This document shows positions 36,786-46,620 of a stretch of 64,000 nt of DNA, in pieces. Every line of letters begins with the position of its first letter. Position 1 is the stretch's first letter. Origin of the DNA: a bacterium. GTDB taxonomy: Bacteria; Patescibacteriota; Minisyncoccia; Phycocordibacterales; Phycocordibacteraceae. The stretch is taken from assembly GCA_037200965.1 (NCBI GenBank), contig JBBCGK010000001.1:576001-640000 (forward strand), written 5' to 3'. The position numbers and the translations under genes were made by a program. The notes under the pieces were generated by a model. It was given only the letters and a program-made list of their open reading frames with translations. It did not search any database and was not told where the DNA came from.

Positions 36786-37925
36786 ATGGAACCCCTCGCC
36801 GCCCGCATACGCCCGAAAAACCTTGATGATGTGAGAGGGCAAGAGCACTTGGTAGGTCCTGGAAAGCCGCTCCGGGTCGCCATTGAGAAAAAGCATCTCT
36901 TCTCTTTCATCCTCTGGGGCCCGCCCGGGACAGGAAAGACCACTATCGCCCGCATTTACGCCCGCGCGCTCGACGCCGAGCTCTTTGAGCTCTCGGCAGT
37001 CTCGGCGGGAAAGGAGGATATACGGAAGATAGTGGGGAATGGGAAGAAAACGCTCGGTTTTGATAAACCGAAAGTTCTCTTTCTCGACGAGATACACCGT
37101 TTCAACAAGTCGCAGCAGGATTTCCTCCTCCCGTATGTCGAAAGCGGTGAGCTCACCTTGATCGGCGCGACGACGGAGAACCCGAGCTTTGAAGTGATCC
37201 CGGCACTCCTCTCAAGGGCCCGCGTGTTCGTTCTCGAACCACTTTCGGAGGGGTCTCTCAAAGCAATTGTGAAAAGCACCAAGATTAAGGTGCCAAAGGA
37301 TGCGTTTGATTGGCTTTTAGGCTACGCAAACGGCGACGCGCGCCGGGTGCTCGGGATGCTTGAGGGAGCCGAAAAGCTGTACGGTAATATCACGGTCGAG
37401 AATCTCAATAAAGCGCTCGAGTCTCCGCACCTGCGCTACGACAAGAAGGGCGAAGAGCACTACGACACCATCTCCGCGTTCATAAAATCCATGCGCGCTT
37501 CGCAGCCTGATGCTGCACTCTACTATCTCGCGCGCATGGTCGAAGCCGGGGAAGACCCGCTCTTTATCGCAAGGAGGATGGTAGTCTTCGCGTCGGAAGA
37601 CGTAGGGCTTGCCGTGCCGACCGCACTCGTGGTCGCGAATGCGGTATTCCGCGCATGCGAAACGATCGGGTATCCCGAATGCGCCATAAACCTCGCGCAC
37701 GGCGTCGCGTATCTCGCCGAGTGCAAGAAAAGCCGGAAGAGCTACGATGCATACTTTGAAGCGGTAGCGGATGTGCAGAAGCTCGGCAATCTTCCGGTGC
37801 CGATGAAGATCCGAAACGCGCCCACCAAGCTCATGAAGAACCTGGGATACCACAAGGGCTACAAGCTCTACGACGAGGAGTCGTATCTGCCGGAAAAGCT
37901 TAAGAAGAGGAAGTATTTGAACTGA
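36786..37925 (+). CDS. rarA: replication-associated recombination protein A (AAA+ ATPase RarA/MgsA)
   Basis: Motifs [10 protein letters not shown] and [14 protein letters not shown]. Confidence 0.9.
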   Translation: MEPLAARIRPKNLDDVRGQEHLVGPGKPLRVAIEKKHLFSFILWGPPGTGKTTIARIYARALDAELFELSAVSAGKEDIRKIVGNGKKTLGFDKPKVLFLDEIHRFNKSQQDFLLPYVESGELTLIGATTENPSFEVIPALLSRARVFVLEPLSEGSLKAIVKSTKIKVPKDAFDWLLGYANGDARRVLGMLEGAEKLYGNITVENLNKALESPHLRYDKKGEEHYDTISAFIKSMRASQPDAALYYLARMVEAGEDPLFIARRMVVFASEDVGLAVPTALVVANAVFRACETIGYPECAINLAHGVAYLAECKKSRKSYDAYFEAVADVQKLGNLPVPMKIRNAPTKLMKNLGYHKGYKLYDEESYLPEKLKKRKYLN

Positions 37926-37965
37926 CGGTCGGCCTACCCACAAGCTATAGTATCAAAGGTTTGCA

Positions 37966-37992
37966 ATAACCGTATCACTGTGATACGGTTAT
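37966..37992. promoter_or_regulatory. perfect 12-bp inverted repeat ATAACCGTATCA-CTG-TGATACGGTTAT immediately upstream of the fic ATG
   Basis: Seen directly in the sequence. It ends 5 nt before the ATG at 37998. Confidence 0.5.
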
Positions 37993-37997
37993 CCTAT

Positions 37998-39062
37998 ATG
38001 ATTGATACGATAAAAAGTTCCGTTCAAGCGAATCTCTTTGAATTCTTATTCCGGAGTGGCAGCGGCAAGTCCTCCGAGCTGCATTCTTTCATTGCTCGAA
38101 AAGGAGCGGACGACGTGTCGCTCGTTACGATAAAACGGCTTTTGGGAAGGCTGCAAAAAGAAGGATCCCTTGCGGTCGCGGGGAAAGGTCCAGCCACCCG
38201 CTACGCCCTTACTCCTTTGGGAAGACTTACGGCAAAAGTCGATGCGCACGCATACTGCGCCGAGGAACCCGACCGCCGGTTCGGTCTGGCCGGGTATCAG
38301 TTCGATCTTTTCCCGGCGCTCGCCTTCGATCCGTTCTCTCCGAAAGAACTCGAAGCGCTCGAAACGGCAACCGCTGGGTATCGGGGAAAATCGAACGGGC
38401 TATCGGAAGCGCTCCGTCGGAAAGAGCTCGAGCGTTTCGTGATAGAGCTCTCGTGGAAATCGTCGAAGATAGAAGGCAACACCTACACGCTCCTTGATAC
38501 CGAGCGTCTCCTTAAAGACGGCAGCGAAGCGGCGGGGCACGGCAAGGACGAGGCGACGATGATCCTCAATCACAAAGCCGCGTTTTCTTATATTACCGAG
38601 CATCGCGAACGGTTTTCGGCATTGACGCGCGCGGGCGCGGAGGAGGTGCATGATCTTCTTACCCGCGGGCTGTCGGTCGCACGCGGCTTCCGCTCCGGCC
38701 TCGTGGGGGTGACCGGCTCCCGCTATCGGCCGCTCGACAACCGCTACCAGATCGAGGAGGCTTTCGAAGAGCTCGCGCACGCGGTCGGCCGCATGCCGCA
38801 CGGCTACGCGAAAGCGCTCGTCGCGCTCGTCGGCCTAAGCTACATCCAGCCGTTTGAGGACGGCAACAAGCGGTCGGCGCGCCTCATGGGGAATGCGCTC
38901 CTTCTTTCCCACGGCCTTTCGCCGCTCTCCTATCGGAGCGTGAGCGAAGAGGCATACCGCGAGGCGATGCTCGCATTCTACGAGCTCAACACTCTCGAGC
39001 CGTTCAAGGCGCTTTTTCTCGAGCAGTATCGGTTCTCCGCCGAAACGTACGCGCTTTCGTGA
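37998..39062 (+). CDS. Fic-family protein (Fic/DOC) with N-terminal wHTH
   Basis: Fic motif IQPFEDGNKRSARL (HPFx[DE]GNGR-like). Start chosen at the ATG (MIDTIKSS); the ORF track's upstream start is a GTG inside the palindrome. Confidence 0.8.
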   Translation: MIDTIKSSVQANLFEFLFRSGSGKSSELHSFIARKGADDVSLVTIKRLLGRLQKEGSLAVAGKGPATRYALTPLGRLTAKVDAHAYCAEEPDRRFGLAGYQFDLFPALAFDPFSPKELEALETATAGYRGKSNGLSEALRRKELERFVIELSWKSSKIEGNTYTLLDTERLLKDGSEAAGHGKDEATMILNHKAAFSYITEHRERFSALTRAGAEEVHDLLTRGLSVARGFRSGLVGVTGSRYRPLDNRYQIEEAFEELAHAVGRMPHGYAKALVALVGLSYIQPFEDGNKRSARLMGNALLLSHGLSPLSYRSVSEEAYREAMLAFYELNTLEPFKALFLEQYRFSAETYALS

Positions 39063-39187
39063 CGGAATAGATGCGGAGGCCGCGAGCCTTACGATGAGGA
39101 GTTGTACTTGCCGGAGAAAGAAGAGGAAGTATATGAAATAGGAAAATGGCCGCGACTAGCGCGGCCATCTCAAGTTTTTGTTGGAAA

Positions 39188-39733
39188 CTAAAGCCCGATG
39201 AGTTTCTGGGCATCTTCCGGTCCTCCGACATAGAAGACAAGCTTCAGCATAGTCGTGCCCTCGTCCGCAATGCTCAGATGCGGCGTCCCGGCGGGGTTAT
39301 AAACGATGCTTCCTGCGGCGACTGGTTCTTCGGCCCTGCGCATGTCGTGCGGCAGCGTCCATTCGTTCTCGTGCGCCCAGAGTTCGATGCCGTGCTTGCA
39401 GAGGCCGTGAAGTCCGCCGTGTTTCCTTTTGGGAACATTCAGCATGAGCTTCTCGCCCTCGGGAATCCGCTCGAAAAGCAGCGATACCGGCAAGCCGATG
39501 TAGTGATTCTTTCGCTTGTGTACGACGCAAATGATGACTCGGTCGGCGAGTTTGAGCCGACCGCGGGACATTTGCACGCGGTTCGCGCTGTTCGCGGCGT
39601 AGAAAAGGCATCGTTCGCCGTCGATGAGGCGCATATTGAGCCACATCTCGCCCTCTCCGTGCCTGGTCGGAACTTTCTTGACGCGGTGGCCTCGGGCCCG
39701 CGCATGGCTGCAGCCCTTTTCGATGTATCCCAT
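39188..39733 (-). CDS. hypothetical His-rich protein
   Basis: SD AGGAGTG 8 nt upstream of the ATG. The minus strand was preferred over the overlapping plus-strand ORF on composition grounds. Confidence 0.35.
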   Translation of the reverse strand: MGYIEKGCSHARARGHRVKKVPTRHGEGEMWLNMRLIDGERCLFYAANSANRVQMSRGRLKLADRVIICVVHKRKNHYIGLPVSLLFERIPEGEKLMLNVPKRKHGGLHGLCKHGIELWAHENEWTLPHDMRRAEEPVAAGSIVYNPAGTPHLSIADEGTTMLKLVFYVGGPEDAQKLIGL

Positions 39734-39813
39734 GGATAACACTCCTGCGTAACTGTTGCGGTCTGACCGGATACTAGCGTCGAAGGGGATAAAACGCAAT
39801 TCGTATAGGGAAA

Positions 39814-39840
39814 ACCCGCGGAGGTAAAATCTCCGCGGGT
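39814..39840 (-). terminator. hairpin ACCCGCGGAG-GTAAAAT-CTCCGCGGGT downstream of hup
   Basis: Perfect 10-bp stem. Confidence 0.55.
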
Positions 39841-39860
39841 CTTCCTGCGAGAAAAAGAAA

Positions 39861-40133
39861 CTATTTAACCGCGTCCTTAAGCGCCTTGGCCGCGCGGAAC
39901 TTCGGAGTGCGGGTCGCGGCGATCTTGATTGACTCGCCGGTGCGGGGGTTCCTGCCGGTGCGTGCCGGGCGGGCCTTCGCTACGAAGATGCCGAGGCCTG
40001 CGATCGAAACCTCGTCGCCTTTCTTGAGGCCGTCCGTGATGCACTCGATCATCGTCTCGACCGCGCGCTCCGCGTCCGCCTTGGTCGAACCAAGAACGCC
40101 GTGCACTTTGTCTACGATAGCTGCTTTATTCAT
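39861..40133 (-). CDS. hup: HU-family DNA-binding protein
   Basis: Motifs MNKAAIVDKV...SIAGLGIFVAKARPARTGRNPRTGE. Confidence 0.9.
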   Translation of the reverse strand: MNKAAIVDKVHGVLGSTKADAERAVETMIECITDGLKKGDEVSIAGLGIFVAKARPARTGRNPRTGESIKIAATRTPKFRAAKALKDAVK

Positions 40134-40344
40134 ATTCTGGTCGGGGTTTTACCTATAATCCCTACCTAAAGCAGGGCTTGGCCTAAAGTATAGGAAATAG
40201 GCGGTTTTGTGCAACTGGCCTTGATATAAGCAGGGGACAGAACTAGGACCGTATTCACAGAATACTACCTTTCGGCGGGCCATCCGCAGGACTCCTTCCC
40301 GGGAATTGCGAAAAACCATAATTCCCGGTAATATAGGCCGTATT

Positions 40345-41307
40345 ATGAAGATTTATCTGCCAAACAGCGCTTTCCTTGGAAACATAGACTCCTTCTTCCG
40401 GGGATTTGACCCAAGCGATCCCCAGACACTTCAGGTAACTGCGAACAAGAATTGGATATCGGTTCACCCACTCGTGCTCACTATGCTTGCCGCACTTGGT
40501 AACACGATTACCCCGGAGAATCTCCATTTCGAGGTGCTTGAGGCGCGTTCGAAGCATTACTTCGAACGTATGGGTCTTTTCAAGCACCTGGGCTTGTATT
40601 CCGGCATGTCCATTACCGAACATGACCCAAGCGGCAGATTCATACCGCTTACGCAGGTTATCGACGCGACTGACCTTACGCGGTTCGTCACCGACATGAT
40701 CCCCTTACTCCATCTTTCTCCGACTCATGCGGAACCAATCCGGTATATCGTGAGCGAACTGGTGCGGAACGTGATCGAACACGCGGAAACCAGGGAAGGC
40801 GCGTTCGTTGCCGCTCAATATTATCCAAAGAGCAACACAATCCGGATCGGTATCTGCGACGCCGGGATCGGTATTACGAAAAGTATCCGCCGTTCTCATC
40901 AGGCTAGTGGCGACCTGCAAGCCATCCGCCTTGCCCTGACTCCGGGAATTACCGGTACGACGCCGCGCGAGGGTGGCAATGAGCAGAATGCGGGAGCCGG
41001 ATTGTTCTTCGTGAAATCAATCGCGGCCGTCAATGGAGACTTCTTCGGTATCTATAGCGGGAACGCATTCTACAAGCTTCTGCGGCAAGACAAAGAATCT
41101 CGCGATCTCCTTCATCCCGACCCGTTTGAGGATCGACATTCGGCGGGGCAGGACTATCCGTACTGGCAGGGAACGGCAATTGGTATCGATATATGTCTTG
41201 ACGCCCACGAGCGCTTTACCACCCTTCTCGGTCATATACGGGGTGCATACGCCAGAGCCGTCCGCGAACGCAAGCGTGACCGCTATAGAAAACCCGTATT
41301 CATATGA
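40345..41307 (+). CDS. GHKL/histidine-kinase-like ATPase (RsbW/SpoIIAB-like N-box) with N-terminal extension
   Basis: Motifs SELVRNVIEHA, GICDAGIGI and GAGLFFVKS. The start is uncertain (TTG at 40306 or ATG at 40345). It overlaps the next gene by 4 nt (ATGA). Confidence 0.6.
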   Translation: MKIYLPNSAFLGNIDSFFRGFDPSDPQTLQVTANKNWISVHPLVLTMLAALGNTITPENLHFEVLEARSKHYFERMGLFKHLGLYSGMSITEHDPSGRFIPLTQVIDATDLTRFVTDMIPLLHLSPTHAEPIRYIVSELVRNVIEHAETREGAFVAAQYYPKSNTIRIGICDAGIGITKSIRRSHQASGDLQAIRLALTPGITGTTPREGGNEQNAGAGLFFVKSIAAVNGDFFGIYSGNAFYKLLRQDKESRDLLHPDPFEDRHSAGQDYPYWQGTAIGIDICLDAHERFTTLLGHIRGAYARAVRERKRDRYRKPVFI

Positions 41308-41594
41308 AAACCATACCTTTACGGCCCCTTACGGGCCCGTTTGCCGAAAACAAGGATATCGCGAGGATGATCCGGCTTGAGATGATTACTCCCGCGCTCT
41401 CCGAAGATGGAGAAGTCATTCTCGACTTCTCAGGAATCGAGGGAGCAACCCAGTCTTTCGTTCACGCGCTTATCAGCGAACTGTTTCGTCAGCACGGAAG
41501 CCAGATTCTCGACCGCATCAGGTTCAGGGACTGCAACAGTACGTTGCAGGAGGTCATCACGATAGTGACCGAGTATATGCAGGAAGCGGAATAA
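41304..41594 (+). CDS. small STAS-like (DUF4325-like) protein, putative partner of the upstream ATPase
   Basis: 96 aa (ILDFSGIEGATQSFVHALISELF) translationally coupled to the GHKL gene. Confidence 0.5.
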   Translation: MKTIPLRPLTGPFAENKDIARMIRLEMITPALSEDGEVILDFSGIEGATQSFVHALISELFRQHGSQILDRIRFRDCNSTLQEVITIVTEYMQEAE

Positions 41595-41600
41595 GCTCCC

Positions 41601-43109
41601 TTACCGTGCAAACTCCACCACCCTGTTCTCCCGTATGATATTTATCTTTATTTCCCCCGGGTACTTGAGCTCTTCCTGGATACGCTTGGAGATATCCTTG
41701 GCGAGCCGGTGCATGGCGAGATCGGTAATCTTGCCCGGGTTCACGAACACGCGTATTTCGCGTCCGGCTTGTATGGCATAGACTTTCTCGACGCCTTCGA
41801 AGCCCCCCGCGATGCGCTCGAGTTCTCCGAGGCGCTCGAGATAGCGCTCTACCGTGTCCCTTCTCGCGCCGGGGCGTCCGCCGGATACTGCATCCGCCAC
41901 CTGGACGATGATCGATTCCGGCGTTTCATACGGATATTCCTCATGGTGCGACTGCATGGCTTGTATCACGCGCTTGTCGACGCCGAATTTCTCGAGAAGG
42001 CGGCGACCGATCTCCACGTGCGTGCCCTGCACTTCGTGGTCGACGGCCTTGCCGATGTCGTGGAGAAGGGCACCCGTTCGCGCGACGGCCGCGTCGGCCC
42101 CGAGCTCGGTCGCAAGCATCGAGGCGAGATGCGCCATTTCGACCGAGTGCGTGAGAACGTTCTGTCCGTAGCTTGTACGGAAATGGAGGCGGCCGAGAAG
42201 CGCGATGAGCTTAGGGTCAAGTCCGACGACCCCCGCTTCATACGCGGCCTTCTCGCCCTCCTGCTTCACTATCTCGGCGACTTCCGCCCGGGTCTTCTCG
42301 ACAGCCTCTTCTATCTTCGCGGGTTGGATGCGCCCGTCAGCGATAAGCTTCTCAAGCGCGATCTTCGCTATGTGGCGGCGCAGCGGATCGAAAGAGGAGA
42401 GGGTGATCTTATCCGGCGCATCGTCGATAAGGACATCGACGCCCGTCGCCCGCTCGAAGGCTTTTATATTGCGGCCTTCCTTGCCGATGATCTTGCCTTT
42501 CATCTCTTCTGAGGGGATGGTGACGGCAAGGCTCATCACCTCCGCGTTTACGGCATTCCCGAGGCGGTGTATTGCGGCAATCAGGATGCTGCGTGCCTTT
42601 TCCTCGAGCCGCTCGCGGCCGTGCGCTTCGAGCTTCTGGATGCGCGTAAGAATGGCCTCCTCCTGCCCGCTCTCTACCTCTTTTATCAAAGCCTCGCGCG
42701 CGTCCTTTTCCGTGAGGTGGCCAGCGCGTTCGAGTTCTTTGGTGCGTTTCTTTGAAAGTTCGTCGGCGACTTCCATCGCATTCTCGGCCTCGCGCTCGCG
42801 CTCGCGAACGTCTTCCGTCGCGGTATCGAGGTCGCGCTGGCGCTCGTCGAGGAATTCTTCTTTCTTCGCAAGCCGTTCCTCGCGTTCCCGGAGGGGATCG
42901 AGCATTTCGGTCTCAAGGGCCTCGGCCCTGGCCTGCGCCTCTTCGAGCACCTTCGCGGCCGCTTCCTTGGCGGCGAGGATCCGCTGCTTGATTTCCAATT
43001 CCAAAGAGCCCCGCTGTGAGAGCGAGACGAGGACGCGGAGCACGTAGCCGAACGCGATTCCCGCGACGCCCGAGAGCGCGAGCAGGGTGAGGATGATCTT
43101 GAGAGACAT
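41601..43109 (-). CDS. rny: ribonuclease Y
   Basis: N-terminal TM, a coiled coil, a KH domain (GKEGRNIKAFE) and an HD domain (LLHDIGKA). Confidence 0.9.
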   Translation of the reverse strand: MSLKIILTLLALSGVAGIAFGYVLRVLVSLSQRGSLELEIKQRILAAKEAAAKVLEEAQARAEALETEMLDPLREREERLAKKEEFLDERQRDLDTATEDVREREREAENAMEVADELSKKRTKELERAGHLTEKDAREALIKEVESGQEEAILTRIQKLEAHGRERLEEKARSILIAAIHRLGNAVNAEVMSLAVTIPSEEMKGKIIGKEGRNIKAFERATGVDVLIDDAPDKITLSSFDPLRRHIAKIALEKLIADGRIQPAKIEEAVEKTRAEVAEIVKQEGEKAAYEAGVVGLDPKLIALLGRLHFRTSYGQNVLTHSVEMAHLASMLATELGADAAVARTGALLHDIGKAVDHEVQGTHVEIGRRLLEKFGVDKRVIQAMQSHHEEYPYETPESIIVQVADAVSGGRPGARRDTVERYLERLGELERIAGGFEGVEKVYAIQAGREIRVFVNPGKITDLAMHRLAKDISKRIQEELKYPGEIKINIIRENRVVEFAR

Positions 43110-43309
43110 ATGCGGGTTATTAAACCCGCCGCCCCGAGGTCAAAGTGTTCTGTCGGAACGGTTTCAAAAATCCGGAATACACGGCGTACTTTGGTCGGGA
43201 GGGCAGGGGAGCGATCGGATAAGGTCGTTCAGGCGGGTCGGTACGGTCGCACTGTACTATAAAAGGTGGGAAGGGGCAAAAACCATGAAAAAGAGCTATA
43301 CTCATTTTC

Positions 43310-44059
43310 ATGAAATCTCCGGGCATGGAAAGCCGGGAAGTCCCTCCGAAAATCCTTTTCAAGGTTACTCTCATGCGGCATGAGAAGCCGTATTACAAGG
43401 ACGAAGGCCATGATCTGACGCCAGAAGGGGTCGAGCGCGCGGTGGAGACAGGAAAGCAGATGCGGGAACAGGGAACGGTAAGCGACGAGGATGAGATATA
43501 TCTCGTGCATTCGCCCCAGCCGCGCGCGAAAGGTACGCTCGAATTCGTCGCGCAAGGAGCGGGTTTGGAAGGAAAGCCTATGGTGAGCAGCAACCAGCTC
43601 CGCAAGAGCGACTTTCTGGATATGGACGCGTTTTTGGCGCGGGTAGCGGAACTCGGCCATGACCAGGAAAAGATAGCGCAAGACCACTACACGCACCCGA
43701 TGCATGCGGAAGGTTCCGTGATCGTCGAGCCGCATGCGCACAAGAAGGAAAGGCTGTATCGCGCATTCGAATATCTTCTCAAGTGGTTCGAGAGCCATCC
43801 GGCAGAAGGGAAGACCGCGCACGTCATCGCGGTATCCCATTTCGAGATCATTACCCACCTAATCGATGACGTCTTCGGTATGGAAAACATCGGAAGATAT
43901 AATGCGCCGAGTTTCGGCGAGGCAGTCCAGATCGAAGCCCGGCCGACTGCGGAAAGCAACCGGGTGCTCCTGAAGGTTACTTTTGACGGGAAAACCAAGG
44001 ATGTTTATTTCGACCGGGCCGCCCGTTCCATCGTTATCGACGGCCAGGCCGCCTCCTAA
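43310..44059 (+). CDS. histidine phosphatase (phosphoglycerate-mutase-like) family protein
   Basis: Motifs LMRHEKP ... AVSHFE. The start is uncertain. Confidence 0.5.
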   Translation: MKSPGMESREVPPKILFKVTLMRHEKPYYKDEGHDLTPEGVERAVETGKQMREQGTVSDEDEIYLVHSPQPRAKGTLEFVAQGAGLEGKPMVSSNQLRKSDFLDMDAFLARVAELGHDQEKIAQDHYTHPMHAEGSVIVEPHAHKKERLYRAFEYLLKWFESHPAEGKTAHVIAVSHFEIITHLIDDVFGMENIGRYNAPSFGEAVQIEARPTAESNRVLLKVTFDGKTKDVYFDRAARSIVIDGQAAS

Positions 44060-44069
44060 GCTTACCGCT

Positions 44070-45092
44070 ATGAGCTATTCGCAAAGACCGCTTATCGAAG
44101 CCTTCAAGCGGGGCGAAGTTCCTGGTGAAAGCACGGTCCCGAAGCATATAGAAACGGTCATCTCGAATGTCTTCCTGTTTCCCGAGCGCGTGTATAAGGT
44201 CTATAAGGATGACAACGAGTTCTTCAACAAGAATTTCAGGGACATCTCGGCCAAAGAGGCACGCTTTTCGTTTACCAGAAAGGACTTCGTCTGGAATTCC
44301 ACGTTAAGCCCTTCAATCTACCTTGAGCTCAAAGGAGCCGCGGTAGCAGGGGCTTCCATGCAGCTTGCCGAGCCTGGCGACAGCGCCGAAGAGCTTGTGT
44401 TCCTGATGAACCGAATCGACTCGAAAGATATCTTATTCGAGAAGCTCTCTCGCGGGGAAGTATCGGTCGCAGATGCTTATGCGATCGGCGGTCAGCTTGC
44501 GGGGAACTTGGCCAAAGTTCGCACCAGGGCGATAACCGGCCTCAACTATTTCGAGATATTCGAACGGGAGATACGCGATGTGCGCGAATGGATACAGGGA
44601 GTGTCCGAGTACATTCCCGAAGAAGAGTGGAAGAAATACTGTGATTTCATGGAAGAATTCAGGCAGACAAACCGCGCGTGGCATGAAGGTGAGCTTAGCG
44701 AACAGCTTGCCTATTCGGGCGACGCCCATAGCCATAATGCCGTTTTCTCAAACGGGGCGCTGTACCTGATGGACACGTATGCTCCGAAAGAGGAATGGAT
44801 GGTGGCGCACAATCTCATTCCTTTCTACCGGATCGGCGCAGACTTATGGGCGCTCGGCAGCAAGGAGCTGTTCGACTCGTATGCCCGTGGCTATGAAGCG
44901 GCTCTTGAAACCACCCTCGACCCCCGCCTGCAGGCTCCCTTCATTATCTATGCGGCATCCATCATGGTCTCCTATCTATACATGCTCCAAAAGACGGATA
45001 CTGACAAGAAAGAGGCTGCAAAGAAATATCATGAATTCATACAGAGGTATTACAAAGAGATTACCAATCCAGACGCACAGATTACGGTTTAG
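44070..45092 (+). CDS. hypothetical protein, possibly kinase/phosphotransferase-like
   Basis: 340 aa from the ATG just after the upstream stop. GDAHSHNAVF weakly resembles a phosphotransferase catalytic loop. Confidence 0.4.
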   Translation: MSYSQRPLIEAFKRGEVPGESTVPKHIETVISNVFLFPERVYKVYKDDNEFFNKNFRDISAKEARFSFTRKDFVWNSTLSPSIYLELKGAAVAGASMQLAEPGDSAEELVFLMNRIDSKDILFEKLSRGEVSVADAYAIGGQLAGNLAKVRTRAITGLNYFEIFEREIRDVREWIQGVSEYIPEEEWKKYCDFMEEFRQTNRAWHEGELSEQLAYSGDAHSHNAVFSNGALYLMDTYAPKEEWMVAHNLIPFYRIGADLWALGSKELFDSYARGYEAALETTLDPRLQAPFIIYAASIMVSYLYMLQKTDTDKKEAAKKYHEFIQRYYKEITNPDAQITV

Positions 45093-45102
45093 AGGCGCCG
45101 AA

Positions 45103-45147
45103 GGGAAAGGGAAACGCCCCGGCAAAACCGGGGCGTTTCCCTTTCCC
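45103..45147. terminator. 20-bp-stem bidirectional hairpin GGGAAAGGGAAACGCCCCGG-CAAAA-CCGGGGCGTTTCCCTTTCCC
   Basis: Perfect inverted repeat between convergent genes. Confidence 0.65.
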
Positions 45148-45157
45148 TCGATAAAAC

Positions 45158-45766
45158 CTATTTCCCCTTATACACCTGGTCAACGATCCCGTATTTCTTC
45201 GCCTCGTCGGCGGTCATGAAGAAGTCGCGCTCGACGTCCTTCTCGATCTTTTCAAGCGGCTGCCCGGTGTTCGCGGCGAGCATCTTGTTGAGGCTCGAAC
45301 GAAGCTTGAGTATCTGCTTCGCGGTGATCTCGATGTCGGTCGCCTGGCCTTCGGCGCCTCCCGAGGGCTGATGGATCATCACTTCCGCGTTCGGAAGCGC
45401 GAAGCGCTTGCCCTTCTTCCCGGCCGAGAGAAGTATCGCGCCGCCGGATGCCGCCATGCCGACGCATACGGTCGAGACGTCAGGCTTGATGTGATTCATG
45501 GTATCGACCATGGCAAGCGTTGCCGTGACCGAGCCGCCGGGGGAGTTTATATAGAGCTGGATATCCTTCTTCGGGTCTTCCGACTCGAGAAAGAGCATCT
45601 GCGCGATAACGAGGTTCGCAGTATCGTTGTCGATGCCGCCGCCAAGGAAAATGATGCGCTCGCGAAGGAGACGCGAGAAGATATCGTATGCGCGCTCGCC
45701 GAACTGCGATTTCTCGATGACCATCGGAACGAGCATGGATGCGCTCGGAGTGCTGTGTTTTTGCAT
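45158..45766 (-). CDS. clpP: ATP-dependent Clp protease proteolytic subunit
   Basis: Motifs [12 protein letters not shown]...SPGGSVTA...MIHQPSGG. The true start may be the internal MLVPMV. Confidence 0.9.
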   Translation of the reverse strand: MQKHSTPSASMLVPMVIEKSQFGERAYDIFSRLLRERIIFLGGGIDNDTANLVIAQMLFLESEDPKKDIQLYINSPGGSVTATLAMVDTMNHIKPDVSTVCVGMAASGGAILLSAGKKGKRFALPNAEVMIHQPSGGAEGQATDIEITAKQILKLRSSLNKMLAANTGQPLEKIEKDVERDFFMTADEAKKYGIVDQVYKGK

Positions 45767-45779
45767 GATAGTTTCTTGG

Positions 45780-45986
45780 TTACTCGGATACGGTCGTGGT
45801 GCCGACCGGGAGCGGCGCCTGGCGCTCGGCTATCTTCTTTCCCCAGGCATAGAAGGCTCCCACGACGACGATCGCCACGATGACGACGATGGCGATAAGT
45901 GCGCCATAGGACGTCTGCTTTTCGGTGCGGACGGGTTCAACAGTTGCCGGCGTCTCCCGGCTTGGCACGGGTTCGTTGGGTTCCAT
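45780..45986 (-). CDS. small single-TM membrane protein
   Basis: 68-aa ORF that exactly fills the gap inside the nusA-ppa-clpP minus-strand operon. Confidence 0.4.
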   Translation of the reverse strand: MEPNEPVPSRETPATVEPVRTEKQTSYGALIAIVVIVAIVVVGAFYAWGKKIAERQAPLPVGTTTVSE

Positions 45987-46009
45987 GCGAAGAGTATAGC
46001 AAACCGCCG

Positions 46010-46597
46010 CTATGCTTCGAGTTTCGGTTTATATTCCTTGTCGTAGCGCTCGATGCTTTCGTGTACGACCGTTTGAGCGTTCGCGACGTCGAGGAACTCT
46101 CCGACCGCGCCGGTTCCGGGCTTTTTGAGCGCCTTATAATTCTCCCAATAGTATTTCGTTTCCGTCTTGAAGTACTCCCCGAGATCCTCGACCGTCTTTA
46201 TGTGGTCGGCGCGCCGGTCGCTTGCGAGGACGGCGATGATCTTGTCATCCACCTCGCCGCCGTCGACGAACTTCATCGCCCCGATGATGCGGGCCTCGAC
46301 GAGCGATCCCGGCACCAAAGGCTCCGTAACGTTCACGATCTCCACGTCGAGAGGATCGTTATCAAGATCCCAGGTCTGCGGGATCGCCCCGTACGTGAAG
46401 GGATAGGCAAGGGAGGAATAACCGACGCGGTCGAGCTTGAGCTGTCCCGATTCCGTGATGAGTTCGTACTTGTTGATCGAGCCGGACGAGACTTCCACGA
46501 TTACGTTGACGATGCCTTTCTCCTCATCCGCAAACGCAGGAAGCGCGTGCAGGAGGTTCAGCATGTACCTTGAGGGTTTTTGATCGATGTTTGCCAT
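46010..46597 (-). CDS. ppa: inorganic pyrophosphatase (family I)
   Basis: Motifs DNDPLDVEIV...YPFTYGAIPQTW. Confidence 0.9.
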   Translation of the reverse strand: MANIDQKPSRYMLNLLHALPAFADEEKGIVNVIVEVSSGSINKYELITESGQLKLDRVGYSSLAYPFTYGAIPQTWDLDNDPLDVEIVNVTEPLVPGSLVEARIIGAMKFVDGGEVDDKIIAVLASDRRADHIKTVEDLGEYFKTETKYYWENYKALKKPGTGAVGEFLDVANAQTVVHESIERYDKEYKPKLEA

Positions 46598-46620
46598 ACG
46601 TTTCAGTATACGCTGTGCGG

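Noticed and set aside
39146-39739. Plus-strand ORF of 197 aa
   Set aside because: It overlaps the minus-strand ORF 39188..39733, which has a good SD and more protein-like composition. Strand choice remains low-confidence.
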